Source of the DNA: Rhizodiscina lignyota
Taxonomy: Eukaryota
Assembly: GCA_010015805.1 (NCBI GenBank)
Contig: ML978128.1
Span: 1,736,001 to 1,800,000 of the forward strand
Reading direction: 5' to 3'
Length of the DNA: 64,000 nt
Positions within the stretch are counted from its first letter, which is position 1, and every line of letters begins with the position of its first letter. Below the pieces are notes generated by a model, which saw only the letters and a list, made by a program, of their open reading frames with translations, made no database searches and was not told the origin of the DNA. The translations under genes were made by a program, and so were the position numbers. Shown piece by piece: positions 22,969-35,630 of the stretch.

Positions 22969-25900
22969 CTATTTTACAGTGACAAATTTTGGTTCACCTT
23001 GCCACGTCCTCAGCGGCCTATCCATGGCTCCATCTCGCGCCTCTCTTTCCACAACGGTAGGCACAAAGACATGATGCCCCTTAATCTCAAACATGCAGTC
23101 AAACTCTTCCTCTACCTCAGTATTCGGGCCAATCGCCGACATCAGCTGGCTCTCAACATGACTGCCCGCGATTCTATCCACGAAGCCTGCAATTGTACGA
23201 TAGAGCTGCAGCTCCACTCTTATGGTCTCCTGAGTCCTGTTTAAGAGCTTGAACTTCGCCGTCGATGGAACGCCCAGAGATCCTTTCAGTTCCGATGTCC
23301 AAAATATCGATACATCGTCCAGTCTCAGTACATCGACCTCGTCAGGTGCGAGAGAAATATCGCGCAGATTCACCGTGCCAGACTTGCCGCTGTCAGGATC
23401 TGTCCATGAGGCCGAAAGGGAGTTGATCAGGCTGGAGCTGAACCAGAAGCACTCGCGCTCAACACGCTCATCGATTGGTGCGCCGCCTGATGTGCGAAGC
23501 ACGAATTGCTGTTCTTTGGTGGGGTCCAGGGAGGGGATAGCTGTGTGAGGCCTTTCGATGAATACTTTGGGTATCGCGGATGAGACTGTTGAGGTGCGAC
23601 CTGATGCGATGAGCTCTTCTTGCCCGTCCTTGAGTGACACGCTTGAGATGCCTTCCTCTGAAGCTGACTCCGAGTTTTGTTGCAGTGAAAGCTTCAATGG
23701 TGTGTGGGACAGGTTTCTGAAGTCCATGATCATCCAGCAATTCCGGTCCCGAGGGGCTAATACGCCCATGGGGTCTTGTGGAAGGACTGCAAGATGACTC
23801 CCGAGAAGCCTGATGCTTGGCTTGACCGCAACTGTGAAGGGTATCTCAAGCATTCGTGTGAAGAAACTTTCCTTAAGCGTCGAGTCTGGCAGGTAGCAGT
23901 AATCGAACTGGATTGACGCGTGTGATAGGCCTGGCTTCCCCAAGATCTCAAACTCGAACTCGGCAGGCTCGTTCGAGCCAATGTTCTGTTGATCCAGACC
24001 TTTAATACAGCGTACATTCGGGTCTTGGTAGACCTGATATTCCATTTCATATCGAAATGAAGGTCGTATATCACGTTCTTTTAGAGCCGATTGCAAGTAG
24101 ACGCGTATGTTGTCTTGAGGTGTTATTCGAACGAAATTTGCTCTCGAAGATGTCATGTGGTTGGTGAGTGTTACTTTAAAAGACTTGCGTTCGCCCTCCA
24201 GCACTTCAATGGCTTTTTGGGAGAGCGAAAGCTTCGTCAAATCAAGCAGGGGCTGCGGCTCTAAGACCGTCCCCTCTAGTATGAATAGTTTTGGTTCATC
24301 CTTTGCCTTGGCGTCTGCGAGCCCATCGGATATCTTGATGAGGTCAGGTGGGCTCCAAGGTCCAGGTATTATGTCGAAGGTCTTCGGCATACATCCCTTA
24401 GGAATTACTTTGCACTCTGTTACGTGGACTGGGCCGGCAGTCTTGGGAGTGCCAGATATCGCAAACATCTGGACGCGGTGTGGACCGAGGCGTATGCCCT
24501 CTCTGCGGACCACGAAGTCATCCATCGACGTGACAAGTTCCAGAGAGTCGATATGGATTTCGAAATCAAAGAGATTTTGGAGAGTTACTGAGAATGAGCA
24601 GCTCTCGCCAGCTACAAAAACTGCTTGATTTGTTGGGCCCTTGGTCTTTTTGTTGAAAGCATTGTGCAAGAAGGGACCTGCTTTTGCGCCAATCTGCTCT
24701 ATTGCGGTGTTGTCAAAGTCATTCATCCGTCGTGAGATCATTTCTCGACCTGGTGGCGGTAGTTGCACTTCAAGACCTCGTACCAGAAACGGATCCCAGT
24801 AGTCACCGCCGCTCTTTGGTAGCCCAAGATTATCAATGAGATCTGACGTGCGATAAAAGTTCGCTGCGAGCATGATTTGCTCTTCCGGTGGGATGAGAAT
24901 GAAAACGTCGGGACTCGCGATGTTCGGGGCTGATCCAGGTCCCGCGAGAGTAAATACAGCGGCAGTGCATCGCAAGACCCCGTTGAAGTCTGGAAGTGCC
25001 TCACAGACTTTAATACATTTTCGTAAGAGATTGATTTTTGTGTCCTTATTCGTCGAGATTGCCGTTGATGAAGTTGCGTCGACTTCTTGTTCCTCTTGTT
25101 CCTCCTGACCGTCCGAACGAACAGGTAATAGATCGATGGATTCAAAGAACTTCAGGATGCTCTCTACGAGTTGGCCAGGGTCTTGGCTTGGAACTGCCTG
25201 GCTCTGGAGGTTCGCTATTCCTGCAGCAGGATGCATACCAGCTTCAGCCGCTCCGACCTTGCGTGCCTGCACCAAACCGGGAATCAAAGTATCAAGGAAG
25301 TCTTGCAGCACGAGCATACTTTTGCGAGCCATGCCGAGTGCTGAGTAAGAGGAGACAACAGCACCCAAAATAGTGACGGTGTCCATGATCGATATGTCAG
25401 AGAAGTCTGAAGGTGGTGGAATGGCGGCTTGTAGCATATCGCTTGTTTGTCGTGCAAATGCCCTTCCCCTTGAGAATCTGGGGAGGACTAATTTCGAATC
25501 CGTTGGCATGAGCTGCCTCATCCCTCCGTCAAGATGACCGTCGTCGGAAAGGCCGACGAGGAGTCTAGCAAAACGAATATTGATCTCTGAATAAGCGAAT
25601 TGAGGTAGTGATTCTCCGGGAATATCCCATGTACGATTGTAGGCATCTCGAATCATATGTATTAGTTCGGGAATGATTTCGTACAACCCACGGATCGCCT
25701 CGATTACCTCCTCGGGCGTCGCAGCCGGTGCGTCTCCGGGTCCACCACTGGGAGGAGACTGCAGACCTTTCATCGCAGCAAGAGGACGCGTAGAAGACGG
25801 ATAGCAAATGTCTGGTATTCTGAAGCTGATGCCATTCCATGCGAGGAGGAGAAGGCAAACTGCAAGATTCTCTAGTGACTTGGCATGCCAAAGGTAATCA

Positions 25901-27058
25901 CCGCTTGCGCGAGCTCTTGTAGCGCTTTCTGAAAGTTCTCGGAGCGCGTCGCCCCATAGCCCTGCTTGTAGAAATAGACTTCCGGTAATGCTGCCCAGTC
26001 GGCCTTGCTGCTTCATTCGATTCCGGTCACTAAGTGGCCCCGAACCGAAACCACCTGTAGGAGCACGATCTCTACTCGATTCTCGTGACCCAGTGTTCGT
26101 ACCTGGCGGTGTTGAGATCCTGGAGGCTACATGTGGTGGCACTGCTCCAGGGATATCGTCAAAAGTTGTTGCTGGTGTCGATCTGCCTTCTGTTCCAGGT
26201 GTCCCAGGACGTGAGCCACTTAATGGTGATACTGCTGAAGATGACATGACCGGCATGGACATGCGGTGAGAGGCTTTGATGTCCTGAGAAGAGGATGAAG
26301 GTGAAGGAAACGGCCGCAGTGAACCACGTCTACTTCCTCCAGCTCCATTCTCATCGCCTTGCCCATCGCGATTTAGCGCTAAAGGCGATGGATAGTTCTG
26401 AAGAGCTTGAAATGATTTCACCAGGCCGGTCATTTCTGGGAGCAACTGCGCTGCAAGACCGCACAGGAGTGAGTTGATGCTCTCTCTGGGCCGAAGGGTC
26501 AAAATGCCATCCGGCAGATCTGAGATATGCTGATCTTGGCGCGATACCACGAGTATGATGCGGTGAACAAGGCCATTTGGATAGTTATCGCGGAGCTGAG
26601 ACAAATGGCTATTTAACTCAGAAAATGACCTCTTGCCTGGGTCTCGCGTGGCCTCTCTCGCATCGACATCGTGATCTCCATCCAAGGAGAACTCAGATGC
26701 ATCCGCTAGCCCTAAGACCAAGAATGGTTCACGGAAGGTCTCAAATGGGTACAGAACCGAGTGGGACAGCGATTTAGAAGACGACGTAAATGAGAATGAA
26801 ATCCTGCCTCTTGGGAATTTAGACGGGTTGAATAAGTCTGCAGAAAACAATCAGCATGTAGAGCCACCAGATAGGCCTGTATATGGCACACTCACTTCGA
26901 TCAGGATCAGGCGGTGGATTGATATCCCTTAGTTGAATCGGCCCAGCCTCTCGTAAGATTTTGACGGTGTCGTTGAAGACATTCGCCTTAATTGGTCCAG
27001 CCGGGAGCACTTGGATCAGCATTCGCGCCGCCGAAAACGGCGAGAAGCTGTCTCCCAT
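22969..27058 (-). CDS. TRS120: TRAPPII complex subunit Trs120 (TRAPPC9); one intron about 26838-26895
   Basis: N-terminal FSPFSAARMLIQVLPAGPI, LYPFETFREPFLVLGLAD, GSLFLQAGLWGDAL, DYLWHAKSLEN, YWDPFLVRG, GPFLHNAF. Confidence 0.88.
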
Positions 27059-27682
27059 TGCTCTAGAAAATATCACATTGGGCCTTTTCCAATCTTTCCT
27101 GTTGACACGTTCTTGCTCGCGTAGAGGACAAGAAACGCCTTAGGAGATCTAGGCTTTGCCTATTCAGGCCTAGCGTACCTTTCGGCGATTCTTCCTTAAC
27201 TCCAACGCCACACTTCACGCGCAGCTTCCAACATACGCACACTTGTCAGCCTGTCTGCGTGACTCTTTGCTCTTCCTGCGACCTATCGTTTCGACAGTCA
27301 TTTCGGCATAGTTCTACGGAGTTCTGTTGGTCTCGGTAGCACACTTTTAGACTAGAGTACCGCTCTTGTTTCCCTTCACAACCTTAGCCGCTTCCCTTCA
27401 TCTTTCGATGCGCGTTGCCACGAACCTTAGTTTGCAACGAATACCCCCTATCCCAACAGGCCTTCATAGAACTTCGATAACAAACGGCCGCTTTCCCATT
27501 CAACTTCTGTTATTACCTTTCTGCTAGCGGTCCTTCAAATCTCAGCTGGGCTGAAAGCTGTTCTCGTGCAAGGCAGACAGGGGTTCCCCCTAGGGCTTGC
27601 TCCAGATACACGACCTTCTTCATCGACACAGCCTTGGGGAGTAAAAACATCAAACAAAAGTTCGCCGAACAACACGCGCAAC

Positions 27683-30600
27683 ATGGCGAGAAATCTCGAT
27701 CTGTCTCGACTACGAGACCAAACTATGGGTTCGGGCGAGGACGAAGAAGCTGTTACCGTCAACACACGTGCTCTGGTCGATAAGATCCTGGCTCGCTATT
27801 CTGGCGAGTATACGACAATTAGAGAGTTGATTCAGAATGCGGCAGATGCGAAGGCTGCCAAAGTCACAATCCGTCTGGAAACTGTGCCCTCAAGTACGGT
27901 CCCGGTCCCGCAAACCACAGATCAATCTGCTTTGCTAAAGCATACCATTCTGCATCATACCATGAACCGCATGGTCATCTCGAACAATGGAGAACCTTTT
28001 CAACCTGCGGACTGGGCCCGATTAAAACGGATCGCAGAGGGCAATCCTGATGAAACCAAGATCGGAGCTTTTGGAGTCGGCTTTTACAGCGTATTCGCTG
28101 ATTGCGAGGAGCCCTTTGTCGTTTCCGGGCGAAAGACTATGGCATTCTACTGGAAGAACAACAGTCTCTTCACAAAATCTGGACAGTTGTCCCCAGAGCA
28201 AACGACATCAGATACCCAGTTTCTGCTGAACTACAGAAATACCGAGGCGGCCGTTCCGGATCTGCTGTCTCTATGCAAATTTCTCACCACGAGCTTGACA
28301 TTCGTGGACCTTGAGGCGATTGAGCTGATTCTAGATGACTGGACAATCCTTTCACTGAAGAAAATCAGAGCTCCTGGGGTCGCGGTACCGCTTCCCAGTG
28401 ACATCAAGACGAAGACCCAAGAAGGGATGATGAAGATAGTCTCTGTTGTACATCAAAGCACGCAACTCGAGGCTACTTGGATGAACGTTGTTGGGTGGAC
28501 ACAGGGTTCCCAGTGGCAAGTGGTGCCGACTAAAGCTGATAAATCTTCGCAAGCCGTCGGTGGCCTCTCTGGGCTCTTTTCCAAGTTCACGAAAGCTGCC
28601 AACAACATGTCGACATCAAGGGCTCTGAAAGAGAAGGAGGCTGCTACTGCAAAAGCAGTTGAAGAAGATCTTGGTGGCGTGTCCAAAGCGACAGCTTTCT
28701 TACGCACAAGCACGGTTAATGTTCAGACGTATGTCAAACCGCAGTTCGCACGCGACCTAGAGCGCGCGACGAAGAAGCCGCCTCCAAAGCACACTCGTAT
28801 TGAGATTTTGACGTCGTCATATGATGAGGCATCAGCTTTTGCAGCAACTCTATCTGGAGCTGCACAGCACAAAGCAGGGGATCTATTTGAATCAGTTCTA
28901 ACTTCAAAGTCCGGTCGTGTGTTCATCGGATTCCCCACCAAACAGACTACCGGCCTCCTGTGTCACATCTCTGCACCTTCAGTCATTCCAACCGTTGAAA
29001 GAGAAGCCATTGATCTGAACGCAGAGTCTGTCCGTACCTGGAACCAGGAGATGCTCCGTGTTGCAGGTATCGCATGTCGGATCTCCTACGCCGGAGACAT
29101 GGCTGATCTGAAGAAGGATCTTGCCAGGAAAATGACGGCTTCTGGAAACAAGACCCCAAGCAAAGAAGATCTGGATGCGATCGTTCCAGCGGCGACTCAC
29201 ATCTTCCAGCAGTTCACTGCTCAAGATACTACACCGGAGGCCCGAGTTGGCAAGATCATTCAAGATGCTTTTTGGAGCTGCGGGTCAGCTTCCATGGAGA
29301 TACTTTCAACCAAAGGCATTCTGCCCTGCTTAAACGTTCGGATTCTCAAGGAGAAGCTCACTTTCCTCGATAGCATTCCGTCAATACCGGAGAAGATTAC
29401 ACAAGATGCGAACGAGTTCATATACAAGCTCTACACTCTTGGTTACCTGCAGGAGTTGACAGTCCGCGATATGCAGAAAGAGCTGGAATCTCGTGCACTT
29501 GATGAATCACAATTATCCGAGTTTCTAAAGTGGGCCGGGAAAGGGCTGCAGTCCGATGAACTTGATGCAGAGGTTGTTCATCGCCTATTTGGCTCTGCGG
29601 TGGTCAATCTCGGGAGCCAATCTGAGAGTGAAAAGGCATCAAAGTCGGGTTCCAAATCGCGGATTCTGACTCTCGACCAAATTGAGACGTTTCAGGGTCT
29701 CAACAAAATCCCTGCTCACATGCCAGTGCCTCCTACGACGATGCCATTTCGACTTGTCAGCAATATCCCCCGTCAGCATCTAGAGTCGTTTGGGTGGACG
29801 GATCTTAATGTGGTGCCATGGCTCCGTTTTATTGTCTCCAACGCTTCGCCAACCTCCAAGCCAGAAGAGACTGGGGTTCCAAACATGTGTTTCGACTCAG
29901 ACTTTGCATCTCAGGTACTCGTTGTCCTGTCGAAGCAATGGGATACTCTCAGCCAGTCTTCTAAAGGCACCGTTGTCGAGATGCTTTCAAGCATGCCAGT
30001 CATTCCGACGAAGAGGGGCCTCAAACGTCCTTCGGAAGCTTACTTCACGTCAGTCAAGATATTTGACGACCTTCCGACCGTTACTGCACTCCAAGGAACG
30101 AAGGAGAAATTTTTGGTCGCGCTTGGAGTTCGCAAAACGATCGAAATCAACGTTGTCTTTGACCGGCTGCTGGCCAAGAGCTCGCCTACGGAGGAAGCGA
30201 AGTGGAGTTTTGCTGACTTGATCAAATACTTTGTTTCTGTCCGTGACGACATACCTAAGGCTGATCTTGAGAAGCTGAAGACTGCTCCAATCTGCCCTGT
30301 GGACGAACAGTCTGAAGGGGACAATGCGAAACCCCGCCTTGTCCCTGTAACTGAGCTCTATCAACCCGAACCAGACCTGAAGTATCTGCGACTGCCTCTG
30401 CTAAAGTGGGAGGGCCTATGGCGTGAGAATAGCCAGGAAGCACGATTTCTCAAGTCAATAGGACTAAAGCCCTATCCTTCCGTTGCTGAGTTGGCGGTGA
30501 TGATGCAGAAGGCTGGTATGGCAAAAGACAGTCGGCAGTACACTGTCGTACTCAGTTACTTCGTCCACAAGCACCACCAGAATGGGTACGCCCGAGCTGG

Positions 30601-32917
30601 CACTGCCCACTTCGCAAATACTCCATTCCTCAAAATGGAGGGCGTCGCGTTTCCAAACATGGCGTCTCCGGTAAACGTTTATGCTAATCCAAGGTCGGCA
30701 GTACTTGGCTTCTCTCTTCTTGAGGCAAGCCTCAGGCCTCATGCGGACAAATTTGGCGTTGTTCAGGATCCCGAGCTACGTCTCTGTGCTCAAAGAGTCA
30801 TCAACCAGCCACCGAGATCTCGTAAAGCAGGAGAAGAAGTCTTCGGATACCTCGCAACTCGGTTGCCGCAGATAGACGAGACTCTTGTACGACAGTTCTC
30901 CGAAGCGGCCATCGTTCCAATAACGATGAGAACTGACGAGAAAGGATTGGCATACCGATGGATGACGCCAAAGACATGCTTCTTGGGAGAGTCCGAAACA
31001 TACGGAGAGATCTTCGATTACGTCACTTTTGGCGACGAAGGAAATTTATTTCTACTCCGAGTCGGTTCGAAATCAGAACCGAACAGTCTTGAGCTTGCAA
31101 AAATGCTTGTTGACAGCCCCGCCAAGATTTTGGGCATTCTGAAAGAGAAGAAGTACCTTGATCTCTTGAGGAAGCTTTCGGAGAACTTGCAGACACTCAA
31201 GGCCGACAACGAACTTTGGCGCTCCATGCGATCGAAGCCGTTCCTCTTGGCTTATAGGACCGTTAATGAGTCTGCTAACAATCAAAAGCATCTTCTTGAC
31301 GGTTCCGATGATGATGATGATGACGATAAATCTGTTCTTGAAGTTTTGCTTCAGACTGCTGGACGTGTTGTCATCAGCGATTCTATCCGAGAATATCAAC
31401 ACTTCCGTGAGCAACTATGCATTGCACCCCCTGATGATGCGCTCGAGGCGTTTTATGCTTCTCTGGGTGTTCCTCTTCTCAGCTCTCTCATTGTTGCAGA
31501 GCCTCGAATTGGTAACCCAATTCGCGATAATGCTGGAGCAGACAAATGGACTAAGCAAATACTCGAACGTGTTCGCCTATTCCTTTTCGACTACAACAAA
31601 GACAACATTCACCATGACGCTCGTTGGATCGAAAAGAGCGTCACGGTTGTCATGGTTGATTCCGTGTCTACTCGAATCTCTCTCAAGGGTTATCAAGCAG
31701 CATACTCTGAGAAGCGCACAGCATTCATGGCGAAAGAGCCTAGCAGAAGCTACAAATTGTATCTAACGTCAAAACCAAACCTTTACGACGTCAGTGGACA
31801 GCTTGTTCCATATCTGTTGAAACGCCCGAAGAAGACAGACGTCATGGCGCTCGAGATGATCTTCTTCTCAGATCTACGGGGATTGCGGGAGAAGGGGTAC
31901 AATGTCAACAGGATTCTGAAGCAGAAGGAGACTGAGGCGCGTCTTGCAGAGGAGTACAGGCAGAAGCAGCATGAAGAGGAACGTCGGCAAAGAGAACAGG
32001 AAACGAGTTCAGTTCGAGACCAGACCAAGAGAGCGCTTGAAGCAACCACGAATGGTGAATCTCCTCCGCCTCCATACGACGACGGCGCTATCCCATCGAC
32101 ACCGTCAGATCGCGTCAAGAAGTCCAAGGCTGCTGCGATGCCGAACATGCCTGGTGCTTTCGGCTCACCTGAAGCAGACACTCCTGAGAGCCTAAAAGCA
32201 ATTGCGAAGCAACAGAAATCACAGAGCTTCCTCTCTCGAATTGGCAATCAGCTCGGCAACCAGCTGGGCTACAATCCTAACACGAATGGCTCCACCATCA
32301 AAGCTCCGCAGCCCCAAGGCGTCACCAACACAGGAGACATCAACCGCAACCTCGCTTCCGCCATCCAAGCCTGCCGCTCGCACGATTCCAATACTGTTTT
32401 CAGTCAACCTACAACAAAGCAAGTCCAGGAAGCAAACAACGGAAGCTACTGCGACACCACCCCCGGCCAGAACATCGCCTTCTTCACCAACACCTCCTCC
32501 GGCGTAAAAGTCTACCTAGCAAACCATATCCTCGAGATGGGCGGCGCAAACTCCTTCGCGACCAACGAGCTCCCCGGGCTCGAGCGCTTCGCCGCGCTCC
32601 TCCGCGACTTAGTCTCTGTCTTCGAGCTCAGTCCTTCTAGCGTCCACATCTTCTTCGATGACGACAGCAGGTGCATCGCGTTCAACATGTCGGGCGCGCT
32701 GTTCTGCAATTACCAATATTTTAAGCAGCTGCATCTGCCGACGATCGGGATGGGAGGGGAGCAGGCAGTCGAAGCGCTGAGTTATTGGTGGATCACGCTG
32801 TGTCATGAGCTTGCGCATAATATTGAGAGGACTCATGGGCCAGGGCATAGCTTCTATACGGAGAGCTTTGCGAGCACATATTTTACGAGGCTGATGGGGA
32901 AGGCGGCGCAGTATTGA
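27683..32917 (+). CDS. Large conserved fungal protein with N-terminal GHKL (HATPase_c, sacsin-like) ATPase and C-terminal HExxH motif (DUF3684-type); intronless
   Basis: IRELIQNAADA (N box), ISNNGEPF, KIGAFGVGFYSVF (G boxes), C-terminal LCHELAHN; one continuous ORF of about 1,740 aa. Confidence 0.88.
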   Translation: MARNLDLSRLRDQTMGSGEDEEAVTVNTRALVDKILARYSGEYTTIRELIQNAADAKAAKVTIRLETVPSSTVPVPQTTDQSALLKHTILHHTMNRMVISNNGEPFQPADWARLKRIAEGNPDETKIGAFGVGFYSVFADCEEPFVVSGRKTMAFYWKNNSLFTKSGQLSPEQTTSDTQFLLNYRNTEAAVPDLLSLCKFLTTSLTFVDLEAIELILDDWTILSLKKIRAPGVAVPLPSDIKTKTQEGMMKIVSVVHQSTQLEATWMNVVGWTQGSQWQVVPTKADKSSQAVGGLSGLFSKFTKAANNMSTSRALKEKEAATAKAVEEDLGGVSKATAFLRTSTVNVQTYVKPQFARDLERATKKPPPKHTRIEILTSSYDEASAFAATLSGAAQHKAGDLFESVLTSKSGRVFIGFPTKQTTGLLCHISAPSVIPTVEREAIDLNAESVRTWNQEMLRVAGIACRISYAGDMADLKKDLARKMTASGNKTPSKEDLDAIVPAATHIFQQFTAQDTTPEARVGKIIQDAFWSCGSASMEILSTKGILPCLNVRILKEKLTFLDSIPSIPEKITQDANEFIYKLYTLGYLQELTVRDMQKELESRALDESQLSEFLKWAGKGLQSDELDAEVVHRLFGSAVVNLGSQSESEKASKSGSKSRILTLDQIETFQGLNKIPAHMPVPPTTMPFRLVSNIPRQHLESFGWTDLNVVPWLRFIVSNASPTSKPEETGVPNMCFDSDFASQVLVVLSKQWDTLSQSSKGTVVEMLSSMPVIPTKRGLKRPSEAYFTSVKIFDDLPTVTALQGTKEKFLVALGVRKTIEINVVFDRLLAKSSPTEEAKWSFADLIKYFVSVRDDIPKADLEKLKTAPICPVDEQSEGDNAKPRLVPVTELYQPEPDLKYLRLPLLKWEGLWRENSQEARFLKSIGLKPYPSVAELAVMMQKAGMAKDSRQYTVVLSYFVHKHHQNGYARAGTAHFANTPFLKMEGVAFPNMASPVNVYANPRSAVLGFSLLEASLRPHADKFGVVQDPELRLCAQRVINQPPRSRKAGEEVFGYLATRLPQIDETLVRQFSEAAIVPITMRTDEKGLAYRWMTPKTCFLGESETYGEIFDYVTFGDEGNLFLLRVGSKSEPNSLELAKMLVDSPAKILGILKEKKYLDLLRKLSENLQTLKADNELWRSMRSKPFLLAYRTVNESANNQKHLLDGSDDDDDDDKSVLEVLLQTAGRVVISDSIREYQHFREQLCIAPPDDALEAFYASLGVPLLSSLIVAEPRIGNPIRDNAGADKWTKQILERVRLFLFDYNKDNIHHDARWIEKSVTVVMVDSVSTRISLKGYQAAYSEKRTAFMAKEPSRSYKLYLTSKPNLYDVSGQLVPYLLKRPKKTDVMALEMIFFSDLRGLREKGYNVNRILKQKETEARLAEEYRQKQHEEERRQREQETSSVRDQTKRALEATTNGESPPPPYDDGAIPSTPSDRVKKSKAAAMPNMPGAFGSPEADTPESLKAIAKQQKSQSFLSRIGNQLGNQLGYNPNTNGSTIKAPQPQGVTNTGDINRNLASAIQACRSHDSNTVFSQPTTKQVQEANNGSYCDTTPGQNIAFFTNTSSGVKVYLANHILEMGGANSFATNELPGLERFAALLRDLVSVFELSPSSVHIFFDDDSRCIAFNMSGALFCNYQYFKQLHLPTIGMGGEQAVEALSYWWITLCHELAHNIERTHGPGHSFYTESFASTYFTRLMGKAAQY

Positions 32918-33231
32918 TGAATTTGCTCTGACCAGTTGCTGGGCTCTGGAATGGGATCGTAATTGGATTGGGTTTCGTGGCGTTTCAGCGAGGGTAAACT
33001 TTCTAAGAACCTAGATCACACACTTTTCCTTTTCTAATTTGTTATGCATAGCGTCGAGAAGTAGATCGGATATTCTATTTGATGGTTTCCTGTTCAAACC
33101 TGCTATGCCAGTTCCATACGCCTTGGTCGTTTGGCGTGAATGCCATGAGCGTGATGACGCCTATGCCTGGATATATTACATAGTTTGCCTACGAGTGCTT
33201 CAAGCTTCGAATCGCAAAGCCCATCCGGCTC

Positions 33232-34568
33232 TCATCCCTTCTTCTTATCCTTCTCCTTCCCTTCCGTCTCCTTCTTCTCTCCCTCCTTCGCTTCACCGTT
33301 GACCTTCTTCTCACCGTCCTCCTTCTTGCCCTCCGTCTTCTCCTTCTCCTTTTCTTGCCCCGCCGCATCCTTCTCCTCCTGCTGCTGCCGATTCTGAATC
33401 TTATTCTCGATCAGATCATGGAACGCGGTAATCGCCCTGATCAAACTCGACAAATAAATCGCCATCAACTGATCGTTCGTCTTGACACTCATCGCCCTCG
33501 CCAGCTCGCTATTATCCGCCTCCTTCGCCATCGTTGGTCCACTGCTACCCACACCATTGCTCTGTCCGGGCGCTGGCGTACCACTCGGCGCAGCAGGCTT
33601 CATCGGCGTCGACAGGTTGGGCAGGAGGTTGAACACGTCCTGCAGGTTGCCCAGGATCGCGTGGTTGACGGGCAGGTCGCCGTCGAGCACTTTCTGGAGA
33701 TATTGGCCGATGTCGCGAAGACGGAGATGGAGGCCTTGGAGGGACTGGAGCTGCGAGGTTATGCGGGTGGAGAGGGTGCCAACGGCGACGTCGCGGATAT
33801 CGCGGAGGAGGTGCTCGACGCCGATTTCCTCGGCCTCTTCGGCTTCTATTATGGAGGGGGTGTGGACGAAGGTTTTGTTTGTTGTAGTGCCGTCCTAGAA
33901 GGCCTGTCAGCAATCGATTTTGGTCCGACTTGAGTAGTTAAGTCTTCGACGCGAGTAGCGAGATAGCAGTCGCTCCGGTGAGCATATTCACACAGCTAGC
34001 GAACCGCGAGGCGACAAAAGTAAAGACTCACATCCTTGATCTCCTCGACCGCAAAGTACGCATCCGTTGGCACGCCCACCTCCTTCGGCTGCACATCTAT
34101 GATCACCAGCAGCGGGTTGGGCGTGTATCTCTTGAACAGCTCGTTGATCTCGAGATCCGACGCTCTCAACTTGGGACCAGAGTGATACCAGCCGATCAGC
34201 TTCTCGCGCGCGTTGACCTTCTTGAACATGTCGTTCATGCCCTCGACGTAGTTGTGGTCGAGGAACCATACTGATGGGTCCTTCTCGTCTTCTTCGAAGG
34301 GGACTGTTTGGGGTCGGAGGCGTTAGCTATCATATATCTCATATGCATAGCGATATTTGGAACGTTGGGGAGAGGAGAATATACCCGCAAAGCTATTTGA
34401 CACCCGCACATTCTTGCCATCGTTCTGCCCTAACAGCACGCCAACGACTCGTTTCCTTGTGCCTTTCGCTGAGCGGCCGTAGTGATCTGCGACGGAGAGG
34501 AGCACGAGAGGCGCGACGGAGACGTTTCGGTTGACGAGCGATAATGTGTCGGCGGTTGTGGCAGGCAT
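33232..34568 (-). CDS. RPN8: 26S proteasome lid subunit Rpn8 (MPN domain); multi-exon
   Basis: [91 protein letters not shown]. Confidence 0.96.
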
Positions 34569-34985
34569 GATGATGGAGAGGAGGAAATGGAGAGGATTAT
34601 TTGGGGTCGTGTGAGGATTTGGAGGAGAGAGGTCGATAGAAGGCAGTGGAGTGCACGCGGCTCTGGAGTTGAAGCTGCAAAGTGAAAGCTCGGACTCTGA
34701 TTATTCAAGACCCTGGTCCGCGGCCTGATTGGCTGTATGTTGAAGATGTGTCTTGAAGCTTGATGAAGCTCAAGACACTTGCGACGTCGACTCTCTCGCG
34801 CTCACGGGAAATTTGATTAAGGCGCGTCTACAACAGAAGAGGTCCGGACGGTGATGTTATAGTACCTCAGGATATCCACGACCGCCTCCCACATCCCTCC
34901 CACCACCCAAAACATCGACACGAGACCAGCCAACGACCCTCCAAAGCCCTCCTCACGATCCATAAACCCCGTCAATCAAGTCAAA

Positions 34986-35630
34986 ATGCTCTCCGCCCTA
35001 GGCTCCATGCAGCCGCGGCAGCTCGCCGCACAAATCCTCAACTTCGCCCTTGTCCTCTCCACCGCGTTCATGATGTGGAAGGGCTTGTCCGTCTTCAGCA
35101 ACTCGCCCTCGCCTATCGTCGTCGTGCTATCTGGATCCATGGAGCCGGCGTTCCAGAGGGGCGACCTGCTGTTCCTCTGGAATCGCGGGATGGACACGCA
35201 GGTTGGGGAGATTGTGGTGTATAATGTCAAGGGGAAGGATATCCCGATTGTGCATCGGGTTGTGAGGAGGTTTGGGGGAGGGTGAGTGGTTCTTTTCTTT
35301 GATACTGGGGGCGAAGGGGTGAAATAGAGAGGGACGGATGCTGCATAGAGGGACTGCGTTTGAGTATAGTCGGGAAGGATGCTAACGTCTTGTCTGCATA
35401 GTGAGAAGCCGCTGCAACTCTTAACGAAGGGAGATAACAATGCAGCCGATGATACAGAGCTTTACGCAAGGGGCCAGAGGTTTCTCAATCGCGAGGAGGA
35501 CGTCATTGGCAGTGTGGTGGGATTCATTCCATTCGTGGGCTATGTGACTATTCTGCTGAGCGAATATCCATGGCTAAAGACAGTGATGCTGGGGCTGATG
35601 GGCCTGACAGTTGTGTTACAACGAGAATGA
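34986..35630 (+). CDS. SEC11: Signal peptidase complex catalytic subunit Sec11; intron 35282-35401
   Basis: [44 protein letters not shown]. Confidence 0.96.

Noticed and set aside
27566..27682. GTG-initiated 39-aa extension of the GHKL ATPase ORF
   Set aside because: The ORF caller used a non-ATG start; ATG 27683 has good context (aacATGg) and directly precedes the conserved-looking region
33355..33933. 192-aa and 138-aa plus-strand ORFs
   Set aside because: Antisense to RPN8 coding exons
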